The position numbers and the translations under genes were made by a program. A model generated the notes under the pieces. The model was given only the letters and a program-made list of their open reading frames with translations. It was not told the origin of the DNA and searched no databases. A DNA stretch of 64,000 nt from a virus. Where the stretch lies: the IMG/VR virus record IMGVR_UViG_3300049324_000053, one strand, 5' to 3'. Positions 48,077 through 56,278 of the stretch are shown one piece after another. Within the stretch, counting starts at the first letter, position 1, and each line of letters begins with the position of its first letter.

Positions 48077-48637
48077 TCACCGATCTTGGGGTACGGGGTG
48101 GAACGCCTGCCGGTACTGCGACCGCAGCGCCTCCCACAGCGCCGGCACGCCGCGCGCCAGACATTCCAGCTCCAACACGCCGGCGTCGAGGTTGCCGTGG
48201 TAATAGCAGCGCGACCCGGCCAGGACTCCGCGCAGCGCATCGCATTTACCGCCCTCGCTGTAGGGCTGGCCGGTCGACCAGGGGCGCGGCGCATGCCAGC
48301 CGACCCGCTCGCCGATGCATTCCACCAGGTCGCCGTCCAGGTAATGCGTCCACGCCAGCTTGTCGCCGATATCGGGCCGGTTCTGGATCGCGCAGGTGCG
48401 ATCCTCGGGCGACAGCAGTCCGGGACGGGTAACGATGCCGGGCATCAGATTCAGCAGGAATGTCGTCGCCTCACGAGGTAACGGTCGCTGGTACACCGTG
48501 AAGTTGACCGTGCCCTGCACCCCGGCCAGCCAGTAGGTGTGCATCGTCCAGTGGTCGCACTGCCGCTCGGTGATCCAGGTGACGAACTCTGATTCCGTCA
48601 GTTCGTGGTCCGTCGGGTGTTCGGTGGCATTGCTCAT
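48077..48637 (-). CDS. Hypothetical protein
   Basis: CAGGAT-N7-ATG; GWHAP.P...GQ....KCD.L.....CYY.G. Confidence 0.55.
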   Translation of the reverse strand: MSNATEHPTDHELTESEFVTWITERQCDHWTMHTYWLAGVQGTVNFTVYQRPLPREATTFLLNLMPGIVTRPGLLSPEDRTCAIQNRPDIGDKLAWTHYLDGDLVECIGERVGWHAPRPWSTGQPYSEGGKCDALRGVLAGSRCYYHGNLDAGVLELECLARGVPALWEALRSQYRQAFHPVPQDR

Positions 48638-48713
48638 GGCCGCCATCCTGGCACCGGGCAAGGTCCGACCGGCGCCTGTCGCGCCTGCCGGCGAACGCCC
48701 GCCGACGACCCGC

Positions 48714-48833
48714 GGCGCAGCCGGCGGTCCCGCTTCGGGGGGCCAACCGCGGCCCCCCCGTACCCCGGCGGACCGAATCCCCGCGTGGCGGGCTGCCGCT
48801 CGACTCACCCGGACCGGGCAGCGGTGCGCACCC
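48714..48833 (-). repeat. Structured non-coding element, copy B (inverted relative to A)
   Basis: Shares GGTCCGGGTGAG, CCGCCACGCGGG, TTCGGTCCGC and a G-run/GCGGTT/C-run hairpin with copy A. Confidence 0.8.
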
Positions 48834-48867
48834 ATTCGATAGGTTTCCTCCTAGCCAAGGAGGGCCT

Positions 48868-49785
48868 ATGTCATCGAACGACACCGATGCCGAACTCGAC
48901 GAGATCCTCGAAGAGTTGAAGATTCGCAAGATCGACCTGGTTGCGCAGGGCGGTGCCGACGGTGACGACAACGTCGACGGTGACGACGACCTGCCGTTCA
49001 CCATTGACTGCTGGCGCGACGGCCTGCGCATCGCCGTGCTGATCTTCGGGCAGGCCATACCGGACATCGTCCTGAAAGCCGCCCACATGGCGATCATCGG
49101 GTTCAACGCCGACCGGGTCGTGGTGTGCAATGAGGGATACATCCAGAACCTCATCACCGACCCCACAGCACCCCCCTACGGCATCAACCCGGCCACCGGC
49201 CGGGAATGGGAGCACGGCGAACTGGGTGAAGTCTTCACCAGTGGCCAACATCCCGGCGTCGTCGTGGAAACCTTGAACGTCCTCGACGTACGGCGTGACG
49301 GCACGGGATGGATGTGCGGTGCCCCCTACGAACGCACCGCACGCCAGGTGCGCTGGCTTCCCAAACTCACCATGATCGAGATCGACGGGATCGACGGTGG
49401 CCGCGTCCCCGACGCACTGCACCACGCGTTCGCCCAACCGTGCATGCTCGACGAGGCCCGCCCTGCGATCGACGAACTCGGCCTCGACCTGGCCTACGCA
49501 CAGACCGCCATGGACATCACCACCGCGAAGCTGCTCATGGCGCGCATCCCGTACATTGCCGTGATGCTTGCCACCCGCGACCCACAGAGCCACGCGATGA
49601 TCGGCAATGCGTTTCTCGACAGCACTCTGCAGGACTTCCGCCAGGGCGTGCTGCTCGCCAAAGAAAAGGCCGGCGCAAGCGCCGAACGTCTGGTCCTCGC
49701 ACGCGCCATGCTCTACGGCTCCGGCCTGAACAATGAATGGGACATCATCGAGGTCGACGCCGACGCCGATCCGTCAGGAAGCTGA
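48868..49785 (+). CDS. Hypothetical protein
   Basis: AAGGAGG SD; 305-aa ORF. Confidence 0.65.
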   Translation: MSSNDTDAELDEILEELKIRKIDLVAQGGADGDDNVDGDDDLPFTIDCWRDGLRIAVLIFGQAIPDIVLKAAHMAIIGFNADRVVVCNEGYIQNLITDPTAPPYGINPATGREWEHGELGEVFTSGQHPGVVVETLNVLDVRRDGTGWMCGAPYERTARQVRWLPKLTMIEIDGIDGGRVPDALHHAFAQPCMLDEARPAIDELGLDLAYAQTAMDITTAKLLMARIPYIAVMLATRDPQSHAMIGNAFLDSTLQDFRQGVLLAKEKAGASAERLVLARAMLYGSGLNNEWDIIEVDADADPSGS

Positions 49786-49799
49786 CGGTAGGCGGGCGC

Positions 49800-50078
49800 T
49801 CATTTTTGACTTCGGGGCAGGACGGTCGGGCCGTATCGTTCGCGGGCGTCCTGCTTGCTCATGCCGAGGACGGCACCGATCAGCCCCCAGCGGCAGCCGT
49901 TCACACGGGCCTGGGTTACCACGGCGGTCAGGTGCTCATCGTCGGCATCGTTCTCGACGGCGGCGATCAGCGCGCGTAGGTCGGTGGCATCTGTCATAAC
50001 GACGGTCTGCGGGTCGAGCTGGTCCAGCCAGGCTTCTGCGGCGAGCACCTCGGCGCGTAGCTGTTCGTCGTCCATCAT
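49800..50078 (-). CDS. Orphan HTH antitoxin-like protein
   Basis: WLD.LDP....DATDLR...V..AR..G..W..IG.VLGMSKQ.A.ERYG. Confidence 0.6.
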   Translation of the reverse strand: MMDDEQLRAEVLAAEAWLDQLDPQTVVMTDATDLRALIAAVENDADDEHLTAVVTQARVNGCRWGLIGAVLGMSKQDARERYGPTVLPRSQK

Positions 50079-50575
50079 CGAACCTCCCGGACGGCCGCGT
50101 CGATCCGTGCCTGTGCTTCGGCCCTCTTCGGACGAATCGCCAGGCCGTCTTCGGTGTGGAAGACCTCGAAGTCGCTGCGGTACTTCTCACGCCAATTCGG
50201 GTCGTAGGCGGTCAGGACCGACTCGGCGTCGGTGCGTTCACTGGCCAGTCGAAACACGAGTTGCGGTCCTTCGGCTGCGTAAAGATCCAACCCGGTGATG
50301 GGGTAGCCGAAGGCGATGGGGGTCTCAAGCCACGAGGCCACGTCCTGGATGTGGTGATCCTGCGTAAGCAGTACGCAGGTGGCAAGCAGGGCGGCCACGG
50401 ACGTTCGGTTTTCCTCAGACGACGTCCCACCGTTCCGCCACTTTTGGACGGCGGGTACGTTCACGCCCACGAGGCGGGCGACGTCGCGCCAGGCAAAACC
50501 GTACTCAGCAACCTGTTCCAGCAATGAGGGCATGTCCAGTCGGGCCAGGTCGGCGGTCGTGGGTTCCAGCATCAT
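50075..50575 (-). CDS. Orphan Xre-MbcA/ParS-like antitoxin
   Basis: GFAWRDVARLVGVNVPAVQKWRNG; DVASWLETPI..G.P.T.LDL. Confidence 0.6.
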   Translation of the reverse strand: MMLEPTTADLARLDMPSLLEQVAEYGFAWRDVARLVGVNVPAVQKWRNGGTSSEENRTSVAALLATCVLLTQDHHIQDVASWLETPIAFGYPITGLDLYAAEGPQLVFRLASERTDAESVLTAYDPNWREKYRSDFEVFHTEDGLAIRPKRAEAQARIDAAVREVR

Positions 50576-50976
50576 GAATGCTCCTTCGTGGCACGCCCCC
50601 AGGGGTCGTTGACCGGATCGTCGATCCGTGCCTGCGCCTCGGCGAGTTCGTCCTTGGTGAAGACGCCGTGCCCCTGCTGGTAGCGCGCCAGCTCGGCACC
50701 CAGCAGCTCATGCCGCCGCTGCGGGTCGTCCCCCTCCTGCTTCAGGCGTTCGAGCACCCAGCCGCGGGCCAGCTGGCTCATGGACGTTTTACGCGCCTGC
50801 GCCGCCGTCTCCAGGTCGAACAGCTGGTCGCCCGGCAACCGGATGGACAAGACGAACGCCAGGGCCTGCGGCGGCAGGTTCGGATCGGCGCGCACCCAGC
50901 CGCCGTCCGGTTCGCTGTCACCGAGCGCGTCGGCTTGGGCTTTGAGTGCGGCGAACTCTTCACGGCTCAACGTCAA
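50572..50976 (-). CDS. Chimeric RHH/CopG antitoxin-like protein
   Basis: VLSIRLP...L...A......SQLARGWV.ERL plus YQQ.HGVFT.DEL.EA plus IDDPV.DPW tail. Confidence 0.65.
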   Translation of the reverse strand: MTLSREEFAALKAQADALGDSEPDGGWVRADPNLPPQALAFVLSIRLPGDQLFDLETAAQARKTSMSQLARGWVLERLKQEGDDPQRRHELLGAELARYQQGHGVFTKDELAEAQARIDDPVNDPWGRATKEHS

Positions 50977-51140
50977 GACTGCTCCTTACTGCGGTTCGCG
51001 GCACGCTCCCACGGGTCGTCGACCGGGTCGTCGATACCGTGATCGACGTCCCTGCGTAGTTCGCGCCAGTCTTGTGGCGGCAAGGTGGCGAGGAACGCGT
51101 TCCATTCACCTATCGTGACCTGCGGTTTTGGGGTTTCCAT
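50973..51140 (-). CDS. 55-aa orphan VapB/Phd-like antitoxin C-terminal fragment
   Basis: Hand translation METPKPQVTIGEWNAFLATLPPQDWRELRRDVDHGIDDPVDDPWERAANRSKEQS; TAGCCT-N8-ATG; TTGA-coupled. Confidence 0.65.
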   Translation of the reverse strand: METPKPQVTIGEWNAFLATLPPQDWRELRRDVDHGIDDPVDDPWERAANRSKEQS

Positions 51141-51174
51141 AGGTGGCCAGGCTACTGCAGCCGGGTCGTGGGGG

Positions 51175-51226
51175 AAACAAAAAAAGGCCCGGTGGCCGGG
51201 CTCTGTGCGAGCCGGCCACCGGGCCT
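51175..51226 (-). terminator. Rho-independent terminator
   Basis: AGGCCCGGTGGCCGG..CTC/GAG.CCGGCCACCGGGCCT stem with a T7 tail on the minus strand. Confidence 0.85.
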
Positions 51227-51252
51227 GGTTGGTGCGGGGCGATGCGGGTGGT

Positions 51253-52350
51253 TCAAGCCTTCACGGAACGGCCGAGCTGCGCCAGCCCGGTCATCGCCAG
51301 TTCCAGCGCCGCGCCGGCCCGATCCTGGGACACCTGCAGGATCTCGCTGTACATGTCGGCCTGATCCAGCAGCCGCTGATACTGCTCGGTGAGCGCCGCG
51401 TACAGCTTCGCCGGGATCCGCTCCCGGCCGCCGAGCTTGGCGATCTCGTCGAGCAGCCCCTGGATCTCCTTTTCGACCTCGTCCTCGAACGCTGTCATCA
51501 GCATCTGACGCTGTTCGGGCAGGTCCAGCAGCGGCAGCTGATGCATGCTGCAGCCGGAGATACGGGTCAGCACCGACTGCAGCGCGTCGATCACAGCCTG
51601 ATGGACGGTGTGCACGTAGTACACCCCGGACGCGGGCTTCACGCTGATCGCCTGCATGCCCGCACGCAGATAGTTGCGCACCACCGCACGTACCGCCTGG
51701 CCCTGCAGGAAGCTGCGCAGCTGCGTGTACCGGACGTCGAACGCGTCGAGTGCGGCTTGCACCTGCTCACGGTCGACGGCACCCATCGGCACGGGAGCGA
51801 CGGCGACGGGCTTGTTGTCCGGGCCGACCGCTTCGAGCAGTGAGTGCATCTCGGTGCGCACATGCTGACGGGTCAGGTCGCGGCGGCCGGTCATCGGGTC
51901 GTGCGCGCCGCGGAACAGCCGCAAGGTGGCGACGCGGGCGGTGGACACGGTCGCCGAGGAGCCGGTGTCGACCAGGTCGCGCATCAGGTACCGGATGATG
52001 ACCTCGTCGTCGGCGTGCACCTCGACGACACGCAGCCGGGCGTTGCCCGCGGGGTGCGGGTAGGCCGGCCGGCGGGCCAGTTCGCCGCTGGCCGCGCGAA
52101 AGCAGTCCATCGGCTGCGGCAGGCGCGGCAGGTACTTGGCGTCGAGGCCGGCGGCGGCGAACCACCCGGTCAGGTCGGCGTGCGACACGAGACCGCCGTG
52201 TTCGGGGATCGAGAACCAGGTGATCGTGCCGAGGATCATTTCGGGGTGCGCGCGCAGCATGTCGAGGCCGGAGCGGGTGTAGTCGGCCAGCTGTGCCTCG
52301 GGCTGTGCAGGGTTTGTGCTGCTGGACGGTCGTTCCTCGGTGACGGTCAT
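51253..52350 (-). CDS. DUF6744-like protein
   Basis: LG.ITWFSI...P...DCFRAA; SGVYYV; typical AAA/vWA neighbour. Confidence 0.6.
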   Translation of the reverse strand: MTVTEERPSSSTNPAQPEAQLADYTRSGLDMLRAHPEMILGTITWFSIPEHGGLVSHADLTGWFAAAGLDAKYLPRLPQPMDCFRAASGELARRPAYPHPAGNARLRVVEVHADDEVIIRYLMRDLVDTGSSATVSTARVATLRLFRGAHDPMTGRRDLTRQHVRTEMHSLLEAVGPDNKPVAVAPVPMGAVDREQVQAALDAFDVRYTQLRSFLQGQAVRAVVRNYLRAGMQAISVKPASGVYYVHTVHQAVIDALQSVLTRISGCSMHQLPLLDLPEQRQMLMTAFEDEVEKEIQGLLDEIAKLGGRERIPAKLYAALTEQYQRLLDQADMYSEILQVSQDRAGAALELAMTGLAQLGRSVKA

Positions 52351-52578
52351 GCGGTCCTCCTGTTGGCGCCTCGGGTGAAATCTACCTCTGAACGGTCGTT
52401 CATCGCCAGAGATACTGTGAATCGTTCGGGTGAAATATGCGGGCTACTTGCACAGAGCTTGCAGGGCAACTGCATGGCAGACGCAGGATTGCTGCGGAAC
52501 TTCAGTCGAGAAACTGCCGCCGAACGACACGAGTCACGCGGGGCGGCCGCAGATGCCATGGCGGCATCCTGTGTGTTG

Positions 52579-54114
52579 TCAGACGAGCCGGTACAGGTCC
52601 GCGACCTGGTCGACGTCGGTCAGATCGTCGATGCGCCGCGTCTGATCGGCCAGCGCCTTCAGCGTCGGCGTCACCGACGCCGCGATCGACACCGCGAACA
52701 GCCGGAACCCCAGACGCGCCTTGGCGTCGGCGAACCGGGCCGCGAACATCTCATCCACCCGGCACTCGCCATCGGTGAGCAGCACGATGTCCGCGGCCAC
52801 CCCAGGCTTGCCGTACGCCCCGTCGATCAACTCGACCGCCTGCGTCAACGGCGCAGCGAAATCGGTGCCACCGTCGAACGTGTGCCCCGCCCATTCCAGC
52901 AACCCGTCAAGATCGGCGTCGGTGCGGCCGGCGGGAAACTGCCAGCACCGCTGCTGACCAGCAGCACTGAAGTTGACCAGCGCAAGGTCACGGCGCCCGG
53001 TGCGTGCCGTGTCCGCAAGACCGAGCGCGACCGCCTTGGCCCACGCCTCCCGGCTCACCCCCGCATACGAGGTGTTCATCGAGTCGGATGTGTCCAGCAG
53101 CACGATCAGCGCGCCCTGCCCGGCTCGTTCCACCCCGGCATACGCTCGCGTCAGCAGCTGCCCCTCCCCGAGACGGGCGAGGAAGTCGAGGCGGGTGTGC
53201 CGGTTGGTCAGTGCGACCAGTTCACTGCCGAGCACATCCGGCAGCCGGTCAGATAGGTCCACCCCGATGACCTCGTCACGGCCGGTGACCACTTTGCGGG
53301 CCCGTTCGGTGTTCGCCCGTACCCGCACCCGGCCGATCAGATCCGCGAACCGCGCGAGACGATGCGCGGACAGTTTGTCCAGCAGCGCCACCCGCTCGCC
53401 GACATCCACCGTCCCACCCGCACCGGGAGCCATCCCCCACGCCGTCAGCAGCGCCGCTTCCTGCTTCAGCTGGGCGTCCGCTGCTTTCGCTGCCACGTTC
53501 ACCGCGGCACGCATCCGGCTGGCCGTGTCCGCCGGCAGCATGTCGCTGGCGTCCTGCGCGGCCTGCGCCGCGCCCAACGCCGCCGCAAGCGCACCATCAT
53601 CGTGCGCCGGGTCGCCGTCCGCGGTGTTCTTGTCTTCGTGATGCGCGGCGAGAGCATCGGACAGCGCCTGCGCCGCCCGCTCGGCGTCCTGCTGTGCGGC
53701 CTGCGCGCGGCCGGCGGCCGCGGACAGCTGCTCGACGAGCACCGGCGCCAGCGTCAAGGCACCGATCGCGGCGCTGTACTCGTCGTGGCGGGTCCGTTCC
53801 CGCAACGTCTCGACAGCGTCGCTGGTGGCCAGCTGCCCGATCGCTGCCCGGTTCACGCTGTACCCGTCGGCCATTGCCGACGGGTCCGCCAGCGTCGGGG
53901 AACCCTGATACAGCAGGGCCAGTAGGTCTGTCACCAGCTCCGGTGCATGATCGTGCGTTTCGGACAGTTCGTCGGTCAACGCCGATAATGCCGGCAACCC
54001 GGCCTGCAGCTCGGTCAACATCCGTGCATCGAACCCGGTCGTGACGACCGCCTGCGTGCTGATGCGTGCGGTGCGCCGCGTCAGGAACGCCCGTGCCCGG
54101 TCGATGAGGTTCAT
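52579..54114 (-). CDS. vWA (ViaA/CoxE-like) protein
   Basis: MIDAS LDTSDSM, GGTDF, LTDGE. Confidence 0.88.
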   Translation of the reverse strand: MNLIDRARAFLTRRTARISTQAVVTTGFDARMLTELQAGLPALSALTDELSETHDHAPELVTDLLALLYQGSPTLADPSAMADGYSVNRAAIGQLATSDAVETLRERTRHDEYSAAIGALTLAPVLVEQLSAAAGRAQAAQQDAERAAQALSDALAAHHEDKNTADGDPAHDDGALAAALGAAQAAQDASDMLPADTASRMRAAVNVAAKAADAQLKQEAALLTAWGMAPGAGGTVDVGERVALLDKLSAHRLARFADLIGRVRVRANTERARKVVTGRDEVIGVDLSDRLPDVLGSELVALTNRHTRLDFLARLGEGQLLTRAYAGVERAGQGALIVLLDTSDSMNTSYAGVSREAWAKAVALGLADTARTGRRDLALVNFSAAGQQRCWQFPAGRTDADLDGLLEWAGHTFDGGTDFAAPLTQAVELIDGAYGKPGVAADIVLLTDGECRVDEMFAARFADAKARLGFRLFAVSIAASVTPTLKALADQTRRIDDLTDVDQVADLYRLV

Positions 54115-55307
54115 GACGCCACCATCGTTTCGGCGGTCTTACGGGCAGCCTGCTCGTTCATGCCCAGCGAAATGACCAGCACGTGGGTCTGCACCACGGT
54201 CAGCAGTTCCCGCGCCGCGGCGTACCGGCTGCCCGCTCGGGTCGCCGTGTCCACCTTGGCGAGGGCCTCGGTGAACTTGCGCAGCTGCGCCTGCGCGTCA
54301 CCGGCCCACGCGGAGCGCTTCTCCCGTGACAGACCGTCCTGCTCGGACAGTTGCGCATACAGGGTGTCGAGCGCATCGGACACCTCGGCGACCACCCGCA
54401 GCTGCGGGTCACCATGCGCGTTGACCAGTTCCCGTACTGCAGGCAGATGCGCCGGGTCGTCCCACAGCACATGTATCAGCACCGACAGATCCGCGGCGGT
54501 GACCGTGTCACGACCGGACAGGAACGCTTGCGCCTGCAGCACCCGCACACACATCGCCCACCGGCGGTCCGACGGAACGATCCCCTTGCGGGCCAGCCCG
54601 GTGCGCAGCGTCCACAACGTCGAGATGATCGCATCAGGGATACGCACCGCAGGTACCAGCGCGTCGGCGGCGGTACGCAGCTCGTCCAGTGTCACCGTCG
54701 TCGGGGTGGTCGTGGCGGTCGCTGCGGCGCGGGTCAGCAGCCGCGCGAACGAGCCCGGCTCCTTGACGTAGTCGACCATCAGCCGGATCGTGAACCGGTC
54801 CCAGATCGCGGCCAGCTCCGTTTCCAGCAGCTCGTTACTCGCCGAGATCATGCTCAGCAGCGGCAGGTCACGCCACCCATCGCCGGCGTTGAACCTACGT
54901 TCCTCCATCACCGTCAGGTACGGGTTCACCGACGCCGGGCCCGCTTTGCCGATCTCGTCGACGAACGCGACATCCGCGTCGACGAGCGTGTCGCCGGTGC
55001 GGCGCACCCATTCACCGGTGGCCTCGAACCGGGCGATGTCGATCGGCCCGAAGCTTTCCTCACGGGGCAGCTGACGGTCCATCAGCACATGCCAGTAGCG
55101 GGCACCGACGATCCGGCCGGTCAGCGCCCGCACCATCGCACTCTTGCCGGTACCGGGCGGGCCCAGCACGAAGGCGTGAGACCGTGCCAGCAGCGCCACC
55201 ATCAGCATCTGCAGCGCCTCGTCACGTTCCACGAACTCTGTGGCCAGCTCACCGATGATCGCGGTCAGTTTCGTTGCCGTTGTCGTCGTCGTCGTAGTGG
55301 TGGTCAT
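54111..55307 (-). CDS. MoxR/RavA-like AAA+ ATPase
   Basis: GPPGTGKS; FVDEIGKA; ASNE; DRF; SDRRW. Confidence 0.88.
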   Translation of the reverse strand: MTTTTTTTTTATKLTAIIGELATEFVERDEALQMLMVALLARSHAFVLGPPGTGKSAMVRALTGRIVGARYWHVLMDRQLPREESFGPIDIARFEATGEWVRRTGDTLVDADVAFVDEIGKAGPASVNPYLTVMEERRFNAGDGWRDLPLLSMISASNELLETELAAIWDRFTIRLMVDYVKEPGSFARLLTRAAATATTTPTTVTLDELRTAADALVPAVRIPDAIISTLWTLRTGLARKGIVPSDRRWAMCVRVLQAQAFLSGRDTVTAADLSVLIHVLWDDPAHLPAVRELVNAHGDPQLRVVAEVSDALDTLYAQLSEQDGLSREKRSAWAGDAQAQLRKFTEALAKVDTATRAGSRYAAARELLTVVQTHVLVISLGMNEQAARKTAETMVAS

Positions 55308-56278
55308 GAGGTCGCCCTTTCGTTGCGTAGCGCGGTGGCACGACGCCGGCCGGCGGCTGTCAGCACCCGGCCCTGCTTCGTGAAAGCGATCAGTTCGGCG
55401 TCCCCGAGCAGCGTTTCGGTGTCCGACAACCCACCCGGCTCACGCAGCATCTCCGCGAGCGCCGCCTTACCAAGACCTTCCGGGGTCGAACGCAACGCGA
55501 TCAGATAACGCTGTGCAAGATCGGTCAGCCCGTCCTCGCTGAGACCCATCCAGCTCAGAACCGACGTCAGGTCGTAACCGTTCTCCTCATCCCAGTTCGC
55601 GCCCTCATTGCCGAGCGCATCGTTGACCAGATTCGTGAAGATCGTGCCGATGCGGCGCGGGTTACGCACCGCCGCACGCGCCACCCGCTCGCACGTCGCC
55701 CGGTTCGGCTGCGGCAGCCCCGTCCCGGCGAACTTCGCCGTGCCGGTCAGAATGGCGATCAGCACCGCCTCGGCCTCGGTGTACGCCTCCAGCACCGGCC
55801 GCAACGGAAACCGGTCCAGGATCGGCACCGGCAGTCGTCCCACGTCCGTCGTCGCCGCGACGACCGTGATGTTCGGCATTTCCTCCGCGCCGCACGGCCC
55901 CATCAGCACACCGTCCTGCAGCAGATGAAGCAGCCACTCGGCGTTCTGCTTGCCACCGTTCACGAGACGATGCACCTCGTCGATGAACAGAATCGACCCG
56001 TCTTCCATGTCACCGATCAGATAGCGCGCCTCGTTGAGGCCGAGCTTGCCGGACACCACCTCGCACGGCACGCCCATCTCGTCGGCGATCAGCAGCGCCA
56101 GCGTCGTCTTCCCGAGCCCCGCATGCCCGCTGGCCAGCAGCGTGTGATCGAGACGCCGTCCGCGGGTCTTCGCCGCGTTGATCGCCGCCCGTAGCTGTGC
56201 TTTCGCTTTCGGCTGCCCGACGTACTCGTCCCAGCTGTTCACGTACTGACCGGTTCCGGCCATCGTCGCTGTGCTCAT
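55304..56278 (-). CDS. ruvB: RuvB-like AAA+ ATPase
   Basis: W.EYVGQ..K; LDHTLL..G..GLGKTTLA..IA.EM; ILFIDEVHRL; ATT..G.L..P..DRF; GR..T..G. Confidence 0.8.
   Translation of the reverse strand: MSTATMAGTGQYVNSWDEYVGQPKAKAQLRAAINAAKTRGRRLDHTLLASGHAGLGKTTLALLIADEMGVPCEVVSGKLGLNEARYLIGDMEDGSILFIDEVHRLVNGGKQNAEWLLHLLQDGVLMGPCGAEEMPNITVVAATTDVGRLPVPILDRFPLRPVLEAYTEAEAVLIAILTGTAKFAGTGLPQPNRATCERVARAAVRNPRRIGTIFTNLVNDALGNEGANWDEENGYDLTSVLSWMGLSEDGLTDLAQRYLIALRSTPEGLGKAALAEMLREPGGLSDTETLLGDAELIAFTKQGRVLTAAGRRRATALRNERATS

Noticed and set aside
8238-51140. Duplicated segment as a DGR template/variable repeat pair
   Set aside because: No reverse transcriptase; differences are not adenine-specific.
55270-55307. 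Poly-Thr N-terminus of the MoxR ATPase as a phase-variable repeat
   Set aside because: Mixed Thr codons in triplet units, so slippage would not switch the frame.
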